A DNA stretch of 64,000 nucleotides, from positions 124,001 to 188,000 of the forward strand of contig ML978122.1 of the NCBI GenBank assembly GCA_010015805.1, read 5' to 3'. Position 1 is the first letter of the stretch; every line of letters begins with the position of its first letter. Both the position numbers and the translations under genes were made by a program. This document shows, one piece after another, positions 52,095 through 63,187 of the stretch. The notes beneath the pieces were generated by a model. The model worked only from the letters and a program-made list of their open reading frames with translations, made no database searches and was not told the origin of the DNA. Source of the DNA: Rhizodiscina lignyota. Taxonomy: Eukaryota.

Positions 52095-53618
52095 TTAGTC
52101 CTCAAGCGATGGGGTTCGATGTTCAAACGTAACCTCCAGGAGACCAAATGGACTGCCCTTAGGCATTGAGACACCCTTCAAGCAGAACCTCTCATCTGCC
52201 TTCTTGAACAATTTCACCCAGTCTTCGATCGTTCGATCGATTCCATTGCATACGACCAACATCTGTAGATCCATGCTAGTCATCAACCGCTCCACCGGTA
52301 GAGGTACAGCTCTCTTTCCCTCCTCGTTTGCTACAGGTGGCATGATCGGATCGTACACGACAATCCTTGCTCCTGGCTTTAACGACGGGAGGAGCGCTCT
52401 CAATATCCGGATGGCATAGTCATCCTGCCAGTTCAGAAACACGTTCTTGAAGAAGTAGACGTCTGCGACAACCAGTTGCGGCGAGAAGAAATCGTGGGCC
52501 TTGAACGTAATCCGAGATGATAGCTCAGCGGGAAGAGCAGCGTTGAACTGTGGTTCTAGTCCAGGAACGTCTTGAACGATGCACTTAAGATTCGGATAGG
52601 AATTAGCGAGGATGTGTGAGAGATGGCCCACTGACCCGCCGACCTTTAACAAGTTAGTACAATCCCTGTGAGCAGACTCTGAATCTCTGCTATCGTGACC
52701 TTGAGGCAACTTACATCTACGACAGTGGCATCCCCCAGCGCTCCCCAATCCACGCCGCCTAATATCTGCTCTGGCGTTACTGTATTCTGCTTGCCGAGCG
52801 CTTGCATCGCTTCTCCAAAGCGCCTCTCTCTCCATCCCCGTTGGCCATCCTCGCCATCTTCCTCAGCCCAATGGTAATAAGTCTTGTCCGCAAGATCCGG
52901 CCGTCCGTCACGGTTGTAGAATGCTCTTGCAACCCCACACTCACCAGGCTTCTGGGTGATTTGTTCCTTTCCAAAGCTGTATGCTTTAAGTGCTTCCGGC
53001 ATAGTCACGCATCCTTTGCCCACCTCCTCGGTATTAAGGGCGATCCACGAACGCACTAGCGGCTGCCTCACAGTGTATGCAGTAGCTGCGGTGTGCACAA
53101 CATAACCAGAACCAGGAAAAGTCTCGGCAAAAAGATGAAGAGTGAACGCTTGGCGTAGAATCCGGCGAACCACAGACTCCGGGAGCTTTGTATACGCCGC
53201 AATACCCGTATAGCTAGCGGAGCCATCAATGGGAACAGCGGAAAAGAAGTCAAATTGATTAAGCACATCAAGAACCATGACGTCGTGCTTGGTCTGCTCA
53301 CGGTCAGCCGAATTCGATCCAAACCTTGGTCATTCCATTGCATCACAAGGAGGTGAAGAAAAGGGAGCACCAAACCGTGAGGGCGTGCCAAAACAAGAAC
53401 TCTGATGGACTTATGGCAAGATGAAGCATGTCCATTAGCGTCTCGATGAGCATCATCCGGGCACTGTGGAGCTCCGGCGCCTGTGGGTATGATTCCACAC
53501 TGCTGGCAGCGAAGCTTGGAGCTGGCCAATTTTTCGTCTCCATATATGAGCTCATGCTTCTGGCAATCTCACTGATTTTGCTCGAAAGCTCGAGGAGTGT
53601 TGGTTGTGGCCCCGCCAT
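52095..53618 (-). CDS. SAM-dependent O-methyltransferase (fungal secondary-metabolite class)
   Basis: VVDVGGSVGH (across an intron), AHDFFSPQ, ADVYFFKNVFLNWQDD and LKPGARI motifs; two introns. Confidence 0.92.
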
Positions 53619-54359
53619 AGTAAAGGGAATCAGACAGTAAGAGGCAGATGAGTTGAAGAACCAAATGTAAAAGAAAGAATCGTCAAACCAAGAGCCCAGT
53701 TACTTATTTAATTCATATTTACAGTTGCTGTCTTTAACCCATGCTTGGGCTCGTAGAATGCCACCGGGACTGGAAGTTAAGGATGAGGGGCCAACGCGGA
53801 TGACAAAGCTTATGGGTTTCGTGGGTGACATAAGCTATCCATTTCCATCACGATTATGGAAAATGGTGATCAGAATTGTGAAAGTGCGCTGAAATATGTA
53901 CAGAAATGGAAGTATCCAGCGAGGCTGGCATAAGGTCTGAAAAGTTCACAATACATAGAGTGTGCATCCCAGGAAGGTAAAAGCGGCGACAAACATGTCC
54001 GCAAGCTTGCCATTTGCAGATTGCGTCGTTATAAATCGGTGACGCTGCGGTCCTTTCCGAACAAGCATTCGGCGAGCTGATTTTTAAGTTAATCGTAACC
54101 TTTTATGGCCTAGTGAGGAGGTTCTCCGTTTCCCTCTGCAACGACAACCACAATTTTTTCTGCTCGAGTGAGCCCGCATGAAGCAGCCAGTTCTAAACTG
54201 ATAAATCTGAAGCAGCTTGAATAAATTTGGCGTTCTTCGAGTCAATGGCTCGAAGATTTAAGGGCGTAACCATAAGATTGGGGCCTCAAAAACACCATCG
54301 CTGTGAGGGTAGAATTGTTGGACGATTTGCGTCTTGCTCTGAACATTCCGCCTTGCCAC

Positions 54360-54912
54360 TTATCCTGGTCCTATTTTGGGCCTATATCACAATTGTTAGT
54401 GCCGAACAGGACCTCTGGTGGAAATAACTCACATGTCGTGATGCTCGCTCAAGTTGGAGAGGTAGCGATTAAGCTCCTGGACGCGCTCTTTGTGCGTCTT
54501 GACGCCCTCACGCTTGAGACGCTCGTCCAGCTATAATAGCGTAAGCGCCAATGTTCTGTACTTCAAGTGCTATAGCGGAACTTGGACTCACCCTCTTGCG
54601 TCGTCGCTCTTCATGACGACGCTCCGCTTCAGTCTTGCCTCGATGAGCGATGAGATCTTTCCTCAGTTCCTCGCTAAGCTGGGGATCGTCCTCCTCGGTC
54701 TTTTCTGTCTCCGCCATTGTCGCAACATCCTTATCTTCCTCAGCTAGCATTTCCTGTGTGCTCTTCTTGCTCGCTGCCGCCTCTCCATCGATGGTTTTGT
54801 CGGATTCTGGTTTTGGCTTCTTCTTCTTCTTCCTTTTCTTATCGATGTCAACGCCACCTTTCAGCTTAAGAGGGCCGCCACCAACGGACGTGTACTCTGA
54901 GCTGGGCGGCAT
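54360..54912 (-). CDS. FAM32A / DUF1754 family protein
   Basis: GGGPLKLKG, KTEAERR, KTHKERVQELNRYLSNLSEHHDM and PKIGPG* motifs; two introns. Confidence 0.9.
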
Positions 54913-55180
54913 CTTGGTGATTGATAGTGGTGAAGTTTTGGGGGGAACTCGTTCAAGAGACCTTTTAAGGTCGGCCCGGTCCAGGAGTGGAATAGCTAAA
55001 TTCATGCCGGCGGTCGGCCCGATCTTCGACTCCCCGTGACAGCGCGTGTTCCTGGCGCGTTTTAGTGCAGCTTTCAAATCAGAAGCGGAAGAAGAGCAGC
55101 TCCTTACTTTGAAACTGGGTTCACGAATCACACTGTCGCAATCGTTGGGGCTTATCGACTTCGGCACATATTTCGCAGAG

Positions 55181-56485
55181 ATGCGGACGTCGCGAATAGC
55201 TCAGGATACATCACGTCTCGTCAGCGCCCTTGCAACGAATCGAACTCCACCAAGAAGGTCACTGCGCGGACGGAGTTTTGCGGAAGTTGACAATACCCTT
55301 CCAAACCAGAATGGCAGCTCTACAGAAGCCGGAAGCCGGAAGCGCAAAAGAGGCTCCAATGTACACTCAAGCGTTACGAAAATTGAAACATCCGAACGAG
55401 ACTCGAATCGAATTCCAGAATCTACCGCTGAAGTTGCGAAATCTAGCCGTGCAAGGAAGGCAAGGCGACAACCGGCGAAAAAGGTGGTAGACAATAAGGG
55501 AGATGTCAAAATCGAGCCGCCGCCAGGTTGGGAGGAAGTTTACAAGCTCACCCAAGAGATGCGATCAAAGATCGTTGCTCCCGTAGACGAAATGGGCTGC
55601 GAGGCGTTGGCGCTCAAGACAGCATCGCCGAGAGACCAGAGATTTCAGACGCTCATATCATTGATGCTGTCAAGCCAAACAAAAGACGCAGTGACCGCCG
55701 CCGCGGTGAAGAATTTGCAGGATAATCTTCCTGGCGTATGATCAATCCGTCCTGTGTAATGCATCGCGGCTTACTTTTATGTTAAGGGTCTCAACCTGGA
55801 ATCCATCCTCGCAGTCGAACCGAATACCTTGAATGAGTTCATTGGCAAAGTGGGCTTCCATAATCTGAAGACAAAATACATCAAGAATGCGGCGGTTATC
55901 TTGCGCGATTCATACGAGTCGGACATCCCTGACACCATAGCTGGGCTTACGTCTCTCCCTGGGGTCGGGCCTAAGATGGCGTATCTTTGCATGTCTGCGG
56001 CTTGGGGACGTGACGAGGGTATCGGCGTAGACGTGCATGTGCACAGAATCACAAATTTATGGGGCTGGCACAAGACAAACACTCCGGAAGAGACGAGAGC
56101 AGCGTTAGAGGCATGGTTACCAAAAGACAAGTGGCATCAGATTAACACTTTGCTCGTTGGATTAGGACAAACTGTATGCCAACCTGTTGGAAGGAAATGC
56201 GGAGAATGTGTACTAGCGGAACGAGGGCTATGCCCGGGCGCAGTTGTTGCGAAGGGCACAAAGTCGAAAAAGTTGGTCAACCGAGAAGTCAAGATCAAAT
56301 CTGACGATGGAGGGGACGTCATCAAAGAAGAGACTGAAGAGGTTGTGGAGCAGATGGAGATAAAAGCTGAAAATGTCGAAGATGTTGGTGGAGAGTCATT
56401 GGCCGAAGATATTGAGGATATCGGACTCGCTAGAAGAGGCTCACGACAAAGCCGAATAGCTAAGATCGATGAGTCCCGGTTATAG
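55181..56485 (+). CDS. NTH1: Endonuclease III homolog (HhH-GPD glycosylase/AP lyase, 4Fe-4S)
   Basis: [29 protein letters not shown] and the Cys cluster [12 protein letters not shown]. Intron 55736-55787. Confidence 0.95.
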
Positions 56486-57104
56486 TCCGCACTCGAGAAA
56501 TAGATTCTCTAACCTAACGGAAGGGGTATGAACCATTATCTTTGTGGTGAGGCTGAATCCGCCGAATTAGGCTTAGCGTACTATGTCCGATACACCGGCT
56601 GGCCAAAACGCTCGCAACATTTTGGCCTCGACTGTCTGACCGCCCAGAAATTATCGAACATGAACAAACATGGCTTCACAACGCTGTAGAACACGTCATT
56701 GATGTGTTCAGAGTTCTTCATGCGAGCGTCTTGTTGGTGGATACGATAGCCAGATCCCCGGAGTGCAGCACTCCAATCGCGAGAGTACACCAACTCCACA
56801 AATTCCAGTCTCTTGAGTTTCCTTGCTAAGACTACTATTGTCTAGTCAACATCTAGTCATCGCTTTCTCATTGTCCCTTTCATCCAGAATGACGATCGGT
56901 AATTCCACCGGGGTCTGATGCCGTGGAATGGCAGCCGTTCTGGGTCAACGTCTATATTTTCCTGTTTCGGGAATCAGTTTCTCTATCTCATTTTACTTTA
57001 GATTAAATCTACCATTGAACAAGTCATATATTCATCCGGATCTCCGGATAAAGGCCAACGTAGCGGTAGGCGTTGCGTGTTGGGCTCTAACCTTTGTGTG
57101 GGTT

Positions 57105-57134
57105 GGAGAACAATACTAAGGAGAACAATATTAA
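57105..57134 (+). promoter_or_regulatory. 15-bp direct repeat, each copy with an HMG-box-type AACAAT
   Basis: GGAGAACAATACTAA / GGAGAACAATATTAA, ~250-280 nt upstream of ATG 57387. Confidence 0.55.
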
Positions 57135-57282
57135 GCACTACCATTCCTCCGGCTGAGCCGCATCGCTGAGGCGCACGAGACGCGCGGTTCTTTCACAGGA
57201 CACTGTTTAGCATTGTCTGGTACGTTTATACCGTGAGACGCTTACGATTGTGGATATATTCCTTCTCGCGGGTCTCGACGCC

Positions 57283-57289
57283 TATATAA
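57283..57289 (+). promoter_or_regulatory. TATA box of the CAAX-peptide gene
   Basis: TATATAA ~100 nt upstream of AAAAATG at 57387, followed by a C/A-rich leader. Confidence 0.65.
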
Positions 57290-57386
57290 CGACGCCGAAC
57301 TTCGAACATCTTCCATCTCCATCGCAAACTATCAAACTCTTCCTATCGCTTCACAGTTCAAGAACTATCAACCATCCAAATCAAAA

Positions 57387-57548
57387 ATGCAGTTCTCCAC
57401 TGTCACTCTCGTCAACCAGGCTGGTGTTCAGCAAGGTACAGCATTCGCAGGCCCCATTTGCCCAATGTCTTATGCTAAAAAAGATACAGAAATCGTCAAC
57501 GAGGCCGGTGGCAAGCCAGGTCACGGCGACCAGTGCATTGTCATGTAA
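57387..57548 (+). CDS. Candidate a-factor-class lipopeptide pheromone precursor (C-terminal CAAX, CIVM)
   Basis: Spliced form (intron 57436-57489) is MQFSTVTLVNQAGVQQEIVNEAGGKPGHGDQCIVM; the unspliced form is 53 aa with the same C-terminus. Strong start context, TATA box, no signal peptide. Confidence 0.75.
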   Translation: MQFSTVTLVNQAGVQQGTAFAGPICPMSYAKKDTEIVNEAGGKPGHGDQCIVM

Positions 57549-58210
57549 ATCGACTCCTGACTCTTGCGAACGGCAACGTTTAGAGGGATCGCGACGAAGA
57601 TGACGCCTGGCTACCTTTGGAAACTCTTCAGCTCACTACTCCCGCCAACTCATCCTTCCGAATCAAGCCCATTCGCCCGATAGCTCGAGGGGCGCAAGGC
57701 ATTAGCAGGTATTGGCAAATCCCTTGCCGGCCATGCTTAGGATGCTCCGACCGTCGCCAATGAGCTTACTCCGTACAACACTGAGGGAACGTTGAGAGGG
57801 GGAAGTTGTGGGTTACCTTGGACAATATAGCGGTGGCTGATACTTCTATACACTGCTCTTTACTCTTTGATCGTCCTTTTTGCTTTTTGCATTGCTTTTT
57901 TGGAATGGACTGCGCGGCCTGCCAATGTACTCTTCCTCAGGGCTCTTAATGGAGGAGCACCGTGCTTTTTAATAACTTCATGTTGCTGGTCAGAGATAAA
58001 CAAATGCATAACTTCACTTCTATATAGGCTGGACAAATCTTCTTTGCAGATTCCGAGAGTGAAATTGACTTGACCCATAAACTGACACTGGTTGTCTCGC
58101 CGAAAACGGTTAGTCGTTGATGTTGACCCTTTGTCCGAAAAGGGTAACACGCGACGCCGTTGTAGCTGCATTTCTCGAACTGCATTGCAGCTCCCCTACC
58201 CTCGCTCAGC

Positions 58211-58984
58211 ATGTCTTTTCCAGCTGTCGATGATCGTGCTCCAAGTACGCAGCTAGGCGGCGGAAGTCAGTAGCGCTTCGTCCACGTGCAATTGCATATT
58301 CCCTGCTAACGTCCGCGCGCAGCCTTCAATCACTCGCAGTCCCGCGAAGCTGAGGAAGAGTACGATCGCCTTCGGAATCTAGCTAGACAAGAGCTCTCCA
58401 AACGATCGCAATGCCTCGACCGAGCGCACCAAGCATACGAGAATGGTGATGGCGCGTCGGCACACGAGCTCTCCGAGGAAGGAAAGAGACATGGTGCGAA
58501 GGCGGACGAGTACAACAAACAAGCATCAGACTACATATTCCGCGAGAACAACGCACATGTCGGTGCAGACACTATCGATCTGCACGGCCAGTTCGTCGAA
58601 GAGGCCGAGGACATTCTTGAGCAGCGGATAAGATACGCGCAGTCACAGGGGCAATCGCACCTCCATGTCATTGTCGGCAAGGGAAACCATTCCTACAATC
58701 ACGTCCAGAAGATCAAGCCGCGAGTGGAGCAGGTATGCCAGGAGCTTGGGCTACAGTATCGCACGGAACACAACGAGGGCAGGATATACATAAATCTGAC
58801 TGGTGGTCCAGCGGAGCCAGAGCAGAGACCGCCCACAGGACAACAATATCATGGTGGCCAGCAGCACGGAGGACAGCAACATCAGCGGCCACCACAGCAA
58901 CAGTTCGATCAAGATGAGCAGGCAGAGCAGGAACCCGAGAGGTCTCTGCTCAAATGCTTGAAGGGTTGCTGTGTGGTAATGTGA
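58211..58984 (+). CDS. Smr-domain (DUF1771 + Smr) protein with C-terminal CCVVM
   Basis: Intron 58266-58322. IDLHGQFVEEA and HVIVGKGNHS Smr motifs; Gln-rich tail ending GCCVVM*. Confidence 0.92.
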
Positions 58985-59489
58985 TAGGAGTTACTCCGTA
59001 CTCAGACCTGCAAAGGGGAACATGGGACAACACGACGTGATGAGATGAGATGAGCGATTTTGGATATGTTATGAGCATTCTGCATGCCTCGAAGCTACAG
59101 TGGACATGTGGCTTGACCCAAGCCGAACAAGAGTCGGAAGCTGCTGACAAGGACGGTATCATTCACCAATGTTAATTTGTCCGGACTTCGGAGTTCGTCT
59201 GCCTAATCTGACCATTGTGTAATATCCCCTCTTTGTTCAGAGCATTGATCGTCTTATAGGGGCGCATAACAATGGCACCAGGTGTCAACAATCTCGTTTT
59301 ATAATTCAATTACGTCGCAGAGCCAGACGTAGAAATTGTGTTGTGTTGCACACATATTGCAGTGCCACAAGTCGTCCGTTTCCAATCATCCGTTACTTTA
59401 GTTGCTTCTGTTCCTCTGAAGCAGAACCACCCGAGCAGGTGCGACCAAAGTTACAGCACAACTTCCAATACAAAACACCACGTCCAACA

Positions 59490-59522
59490 CAAAAAGAACA
59501 AAAACAAAAGAACAAAACAAAT
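59490..59522. repeat. A-rich low-complexity tract
   Basis: CAAAAAGAACAAAAACAAAAGAACAAAACAAAT. Confidence 0.7.
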
Positions 59523-61268
59523 AATGACTTCCACGAGAGTAGTGTTTAAGTCATTGACGAGCGGATCTAGTTCACCCCATTCCACGTCAGGACCCCGACC
59601 CCAGGCTATTGGGACTTCAACAGTACGTGCGCAGTGAACCTCAAGTACGGAATCGACGGACCAAAACCTGGGTGGCTCACTTGACTAAGGTGAAAAGCTC
59701 TACACAGATATGTTAAGAAATCTCCATGATCCTGATCATGAAATGAATAAAAAGGTAAGTACATCTTGATTGTGTTCATTCAATGGACACAATTAAGATG
59801 GAATTACAAAACAAAGGACCGCGTATTAGGAGACTACCATAATGTGACAATGTGTTGATGTGGCTAAGTCCATAGAGTGAGAGTATCTCATGCACTATAC
59901 GGAGTATGGATCTGAAATTCGATCTGCTCTCAGGCTCCCTTCTTCTTTTCGAGAGAGGCCTCGGCCTGTTAGTGTCACTACGAGCCAATCAGACCTGATG
60001 TTCCCCGTCATCAGACGTCAATACCGTGATTCCGATGGAGAAGCTCGGAGAAGTATACGATAAATACTCACCAATGAATGAGTGCTTGATCCAAACTCGA
60101 TGAACGTCCCGAGACTCGGAACCGGCCCTCCCAATAGGTGATGAGCAACTCGTTTCAAAACGGATTTGTTCCTGGTGAGCGGGTTTGCAAGGACATGCAT
60201 GCATGCCGGCAGCTACCGGACGATCCGCCAAACCGAACAGATGAGACAAAACGAAACGGAGCTATGAAATGCGGTCTCGGCGACATGGAGAAGAGCTTTG
60301 CACCGCCAGGAATGCTCTTCCTCGCATACGGTACGAGCGAGCGACGCGGTTGCACAAGCGACGTGGCGCTGGCGCAGCCATCGCTAAGAAAGAGAAGTGA
60401 AATTGTGTTTTCAGGAGAGGTGACAAGTGCTGGGAAGCGATGTAGCATTGTTTCAAGAGAGCGGATCGGACGCAGGTACCGCGGCTACAATCCCCGTCCT
60501 CGTATTCCGGCCATCTTCCCAAGAGCGACACAAGGAAGCCAACCACTACTTTCTCCAAATTCGCTCCCAACTGGTCGAATTGAGTCTTCTCTGCTGGACC
60601 GTCATGTCTGATAGAAGTAGACTGTTCCGAGTCTGGAGCTCGGCATTGGCATGGCGTCTTCTCTGAGGCCTTTGTCTTCAAGGAGATGCCACTGCCAAGC
60701 CGGGACAACCCTTCATTTCTGCTCGTCATCACCGTTCCCGTGGCCATCTGCGCCGACTGTCGCAGAATAGCATGCGCCTCATCTAGGCCCAGGCACCGAA
60801 ATTGACGCCTCTCCCACCTGGTTAACACATCTTTGGGGCTGATCTCCCGACGAAGGCCTGTCTAGCGTGGGATCCTCGGATTTAGCGCTGGTGTTGCCCG
60901 CTGTAAGAACGCTATAGAGGAAATTGTGGGTGAAATTGGTCGAAATGCCGGGAAGCTACCGATCTCTATCGCCTCCTGGTCTCTTTATTTAGACCCTTCG
61001 TGTCCCTTTGTATCTCTCTTGCCATTGCTGAGCCATTTTCACGCTCGTTACTTTTGTTTGTCTTTCATACGGTCTGCGACCGCGGGTTCGTTCAGACGTC
61101 CATTCATTCAGTTATCCGTTGAAGGAGACCACTCTTTGTCCGCGTTCTGCAAATTTACGCTTGAGTCAATTTGGGCCAAGTCGAGGTATCAGAGATACTC
61201 TTCAATTCTGCTTGTTATTCGTCGAAGCTTCAACTGCCTCCACCAACGGTCCCAAATCTCGACCAATC

Positions 61269-62981
61269 ATGCGATCCTCTGCCATTGCAGCAGGCCTTTT
61301 GGCCGCGCTCACGGCTCCTGCCGATGCCTACATCCGCTTCAACTGTGCGACTAACATCGTTGAAGAGCGTGCTGATCCCCTGGTTGACCCTTACAAGGTC
61401 TCCGGCCACGTTCATAAGATTGCTGGTGGGAACGCCTGGAATATGAACAGATACATGGATTACGATGAGCTCCGCTCTGCCAAGTGCTCCTCTTGCTTGA
61501 TTAAGCAGGATCTGTCCAATTACTGGACCCCGAAGTTGTACTACCATGCTCAGAACGGTAGCTTTATCAATGTACCAATGGTCGGTGACTCTGCGTCAGA
61601 CCTCAATGGCGGAATGGTAGTGTACTATCAGTAAGTGCATCACTGGGCTCCATTTGAAGCTGTGTAACTTACGATTTGATAGACAGCGTGGCCCTGACAC
61701 CAGCAACCTTACCGCCTTCCCCGAAGGCTTCCGCATGCTGGCTGGTGATACCACGAAACGTAACTTCACAGGCGACTTCCCTGCTGAAGCAGTCAACTTT
61801 GCCTGCCTTGGTTCTAATCAGCCTGAGACCAACTACCTGCCCAACTATAACTGTCCTGATGGTAAGTCATTCTCTGTTCGATAAAGACGTCTATGCCAAA
61901 CTAACACGCTTGACATGTAGGCTTGCGTGCACAATTATATTTCCCGTCATGCTGGAACGGAGAAGTAGACAGCCCAGACCACAAGAGCCACATGAGCTAC
62001 CCAGCTTCCGGTGCTCACGACAACGGACCTTGCCCGGCAAGCCACCCAACCCAGACCATCAGTTTGTTCTTTGAGGTTCTGTACGCTTCCTATCTTTTTG
62101 CGGATGACTGGTATGGTGACAAGCAACCTTTTGTTTTCTCGAACGGCGATCCCACTGGATACGGCTTCCACGGTGATTTCCTCAATGGTTGGGAAGTCGA
62201 GGCCTTGCAACAGGTGACCGACCAATGCAACAGCGACGCTGCTTTCGGCTCAACGGCCAAGAGCGACTGCCCCCCTATTGATGAGTTCACCAGCGACGAG
62301 ATGATGAACTGCAAGGTACCATCTCAAGTCGACGAGCCTATTCGTGGTGTTCTTAGCAAGCTTCCCGGATGCAACCCTGTTCAATATGGACCTGCACCTG
62401 CGAAGATGGCGACATGCTCTGGCGTTGTCACTACCATTTCTTCGGATACGCAAGTTGAAGATGCGACATTCACGGACGAGACAGGCAAAGGCTGGAGCTA
62501 CGTTGGGTGTGCAACTGATAGCAGCACCACGCGTACTTTCGATGGCGCAACTACGATTTACTCAGCCGGCGTCGGAGACACAATGACCGTTGACTACTGC
62601 CTCAACTTCTGCAAGGACTACACCTACGCTGGCATCGAATACGGCTCGCAATGCTACTGTGGTAACACGTTAGCATCCGCTGCGGCACCAAAGGCAGGTG
62701 AGCTCGGAAGTTGCAACATGCCTTGCAACGGAAACAGCACGCAGTTCTGTGGCGGCAACTGGGCTCTCTCCTCGTACAAGAAGTGCAGTGGTAGCAGCTG
62801 CAAGAACACCCCACCCACCGTGAACAAGATTAAGAAGAGGGCGTTGGATCACGAGACGGAGTATTGGTTCGAGGAGGATGAGTTCGAGGCGAGAGACACC
62901 AGCATGGACGAGGTTGTGAAAGGGGCCGCACAGTACTTGAAGAGGCATGCGCAGCACAAGAGGCACGCAAGAGACTTCTAA
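61269..62981 (+). CDS. Secreted DUF1996 + WSC domain protein
   Basis: Signal peptide; ERADPLV, DLSNYWTP, FPEGFRMLAG, FPSCWNG and GYGFHGDF motifs; WSC domain YVGC..YAGIEYGSQCYCG..CGG. Introns ~61632-61686 and 61862-61920. Confidence 0.93.
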
Positions 62982-63187
62982 GGCCCATACGAACACTTGA
63001 CCGTCAGGTGGGCATGTACAGTATTTTTTTCGACGGACGTTTCTTGTGAAGGTGGTGTCATGAACGTGGCCTTTACACTTCTTTCGCCTGGGTTCGCTCG
63101 TTCACGGAGACGAACGCCAGGCAGGTTTTATTCTTCAATCTGTACATATTGAGAATCAACATATCAATACTTGCATCTACTCTGGAT

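Noticed and set aside
57600..57790. AATGAGCTTACT resembling the RNase MRP/P CR-V motif
   Set aside because: No matching CR-I pairing partner; it lies in the likely 3' UTR of the CAAX peptide gene.
59667..59692. tRNA A-box-like CCTGGGTGGCTCACTTGACTAAGG
   Set aside because: No B box (GTTCGA) or acceptor-stem partner, so it cannot fold as a tRNA.
60138..60828. Overlapping 157- and 188-aa ORFs
   Set aside because: No domain or codon-bias signal; probably the upstream region of the DUF1996 gene.
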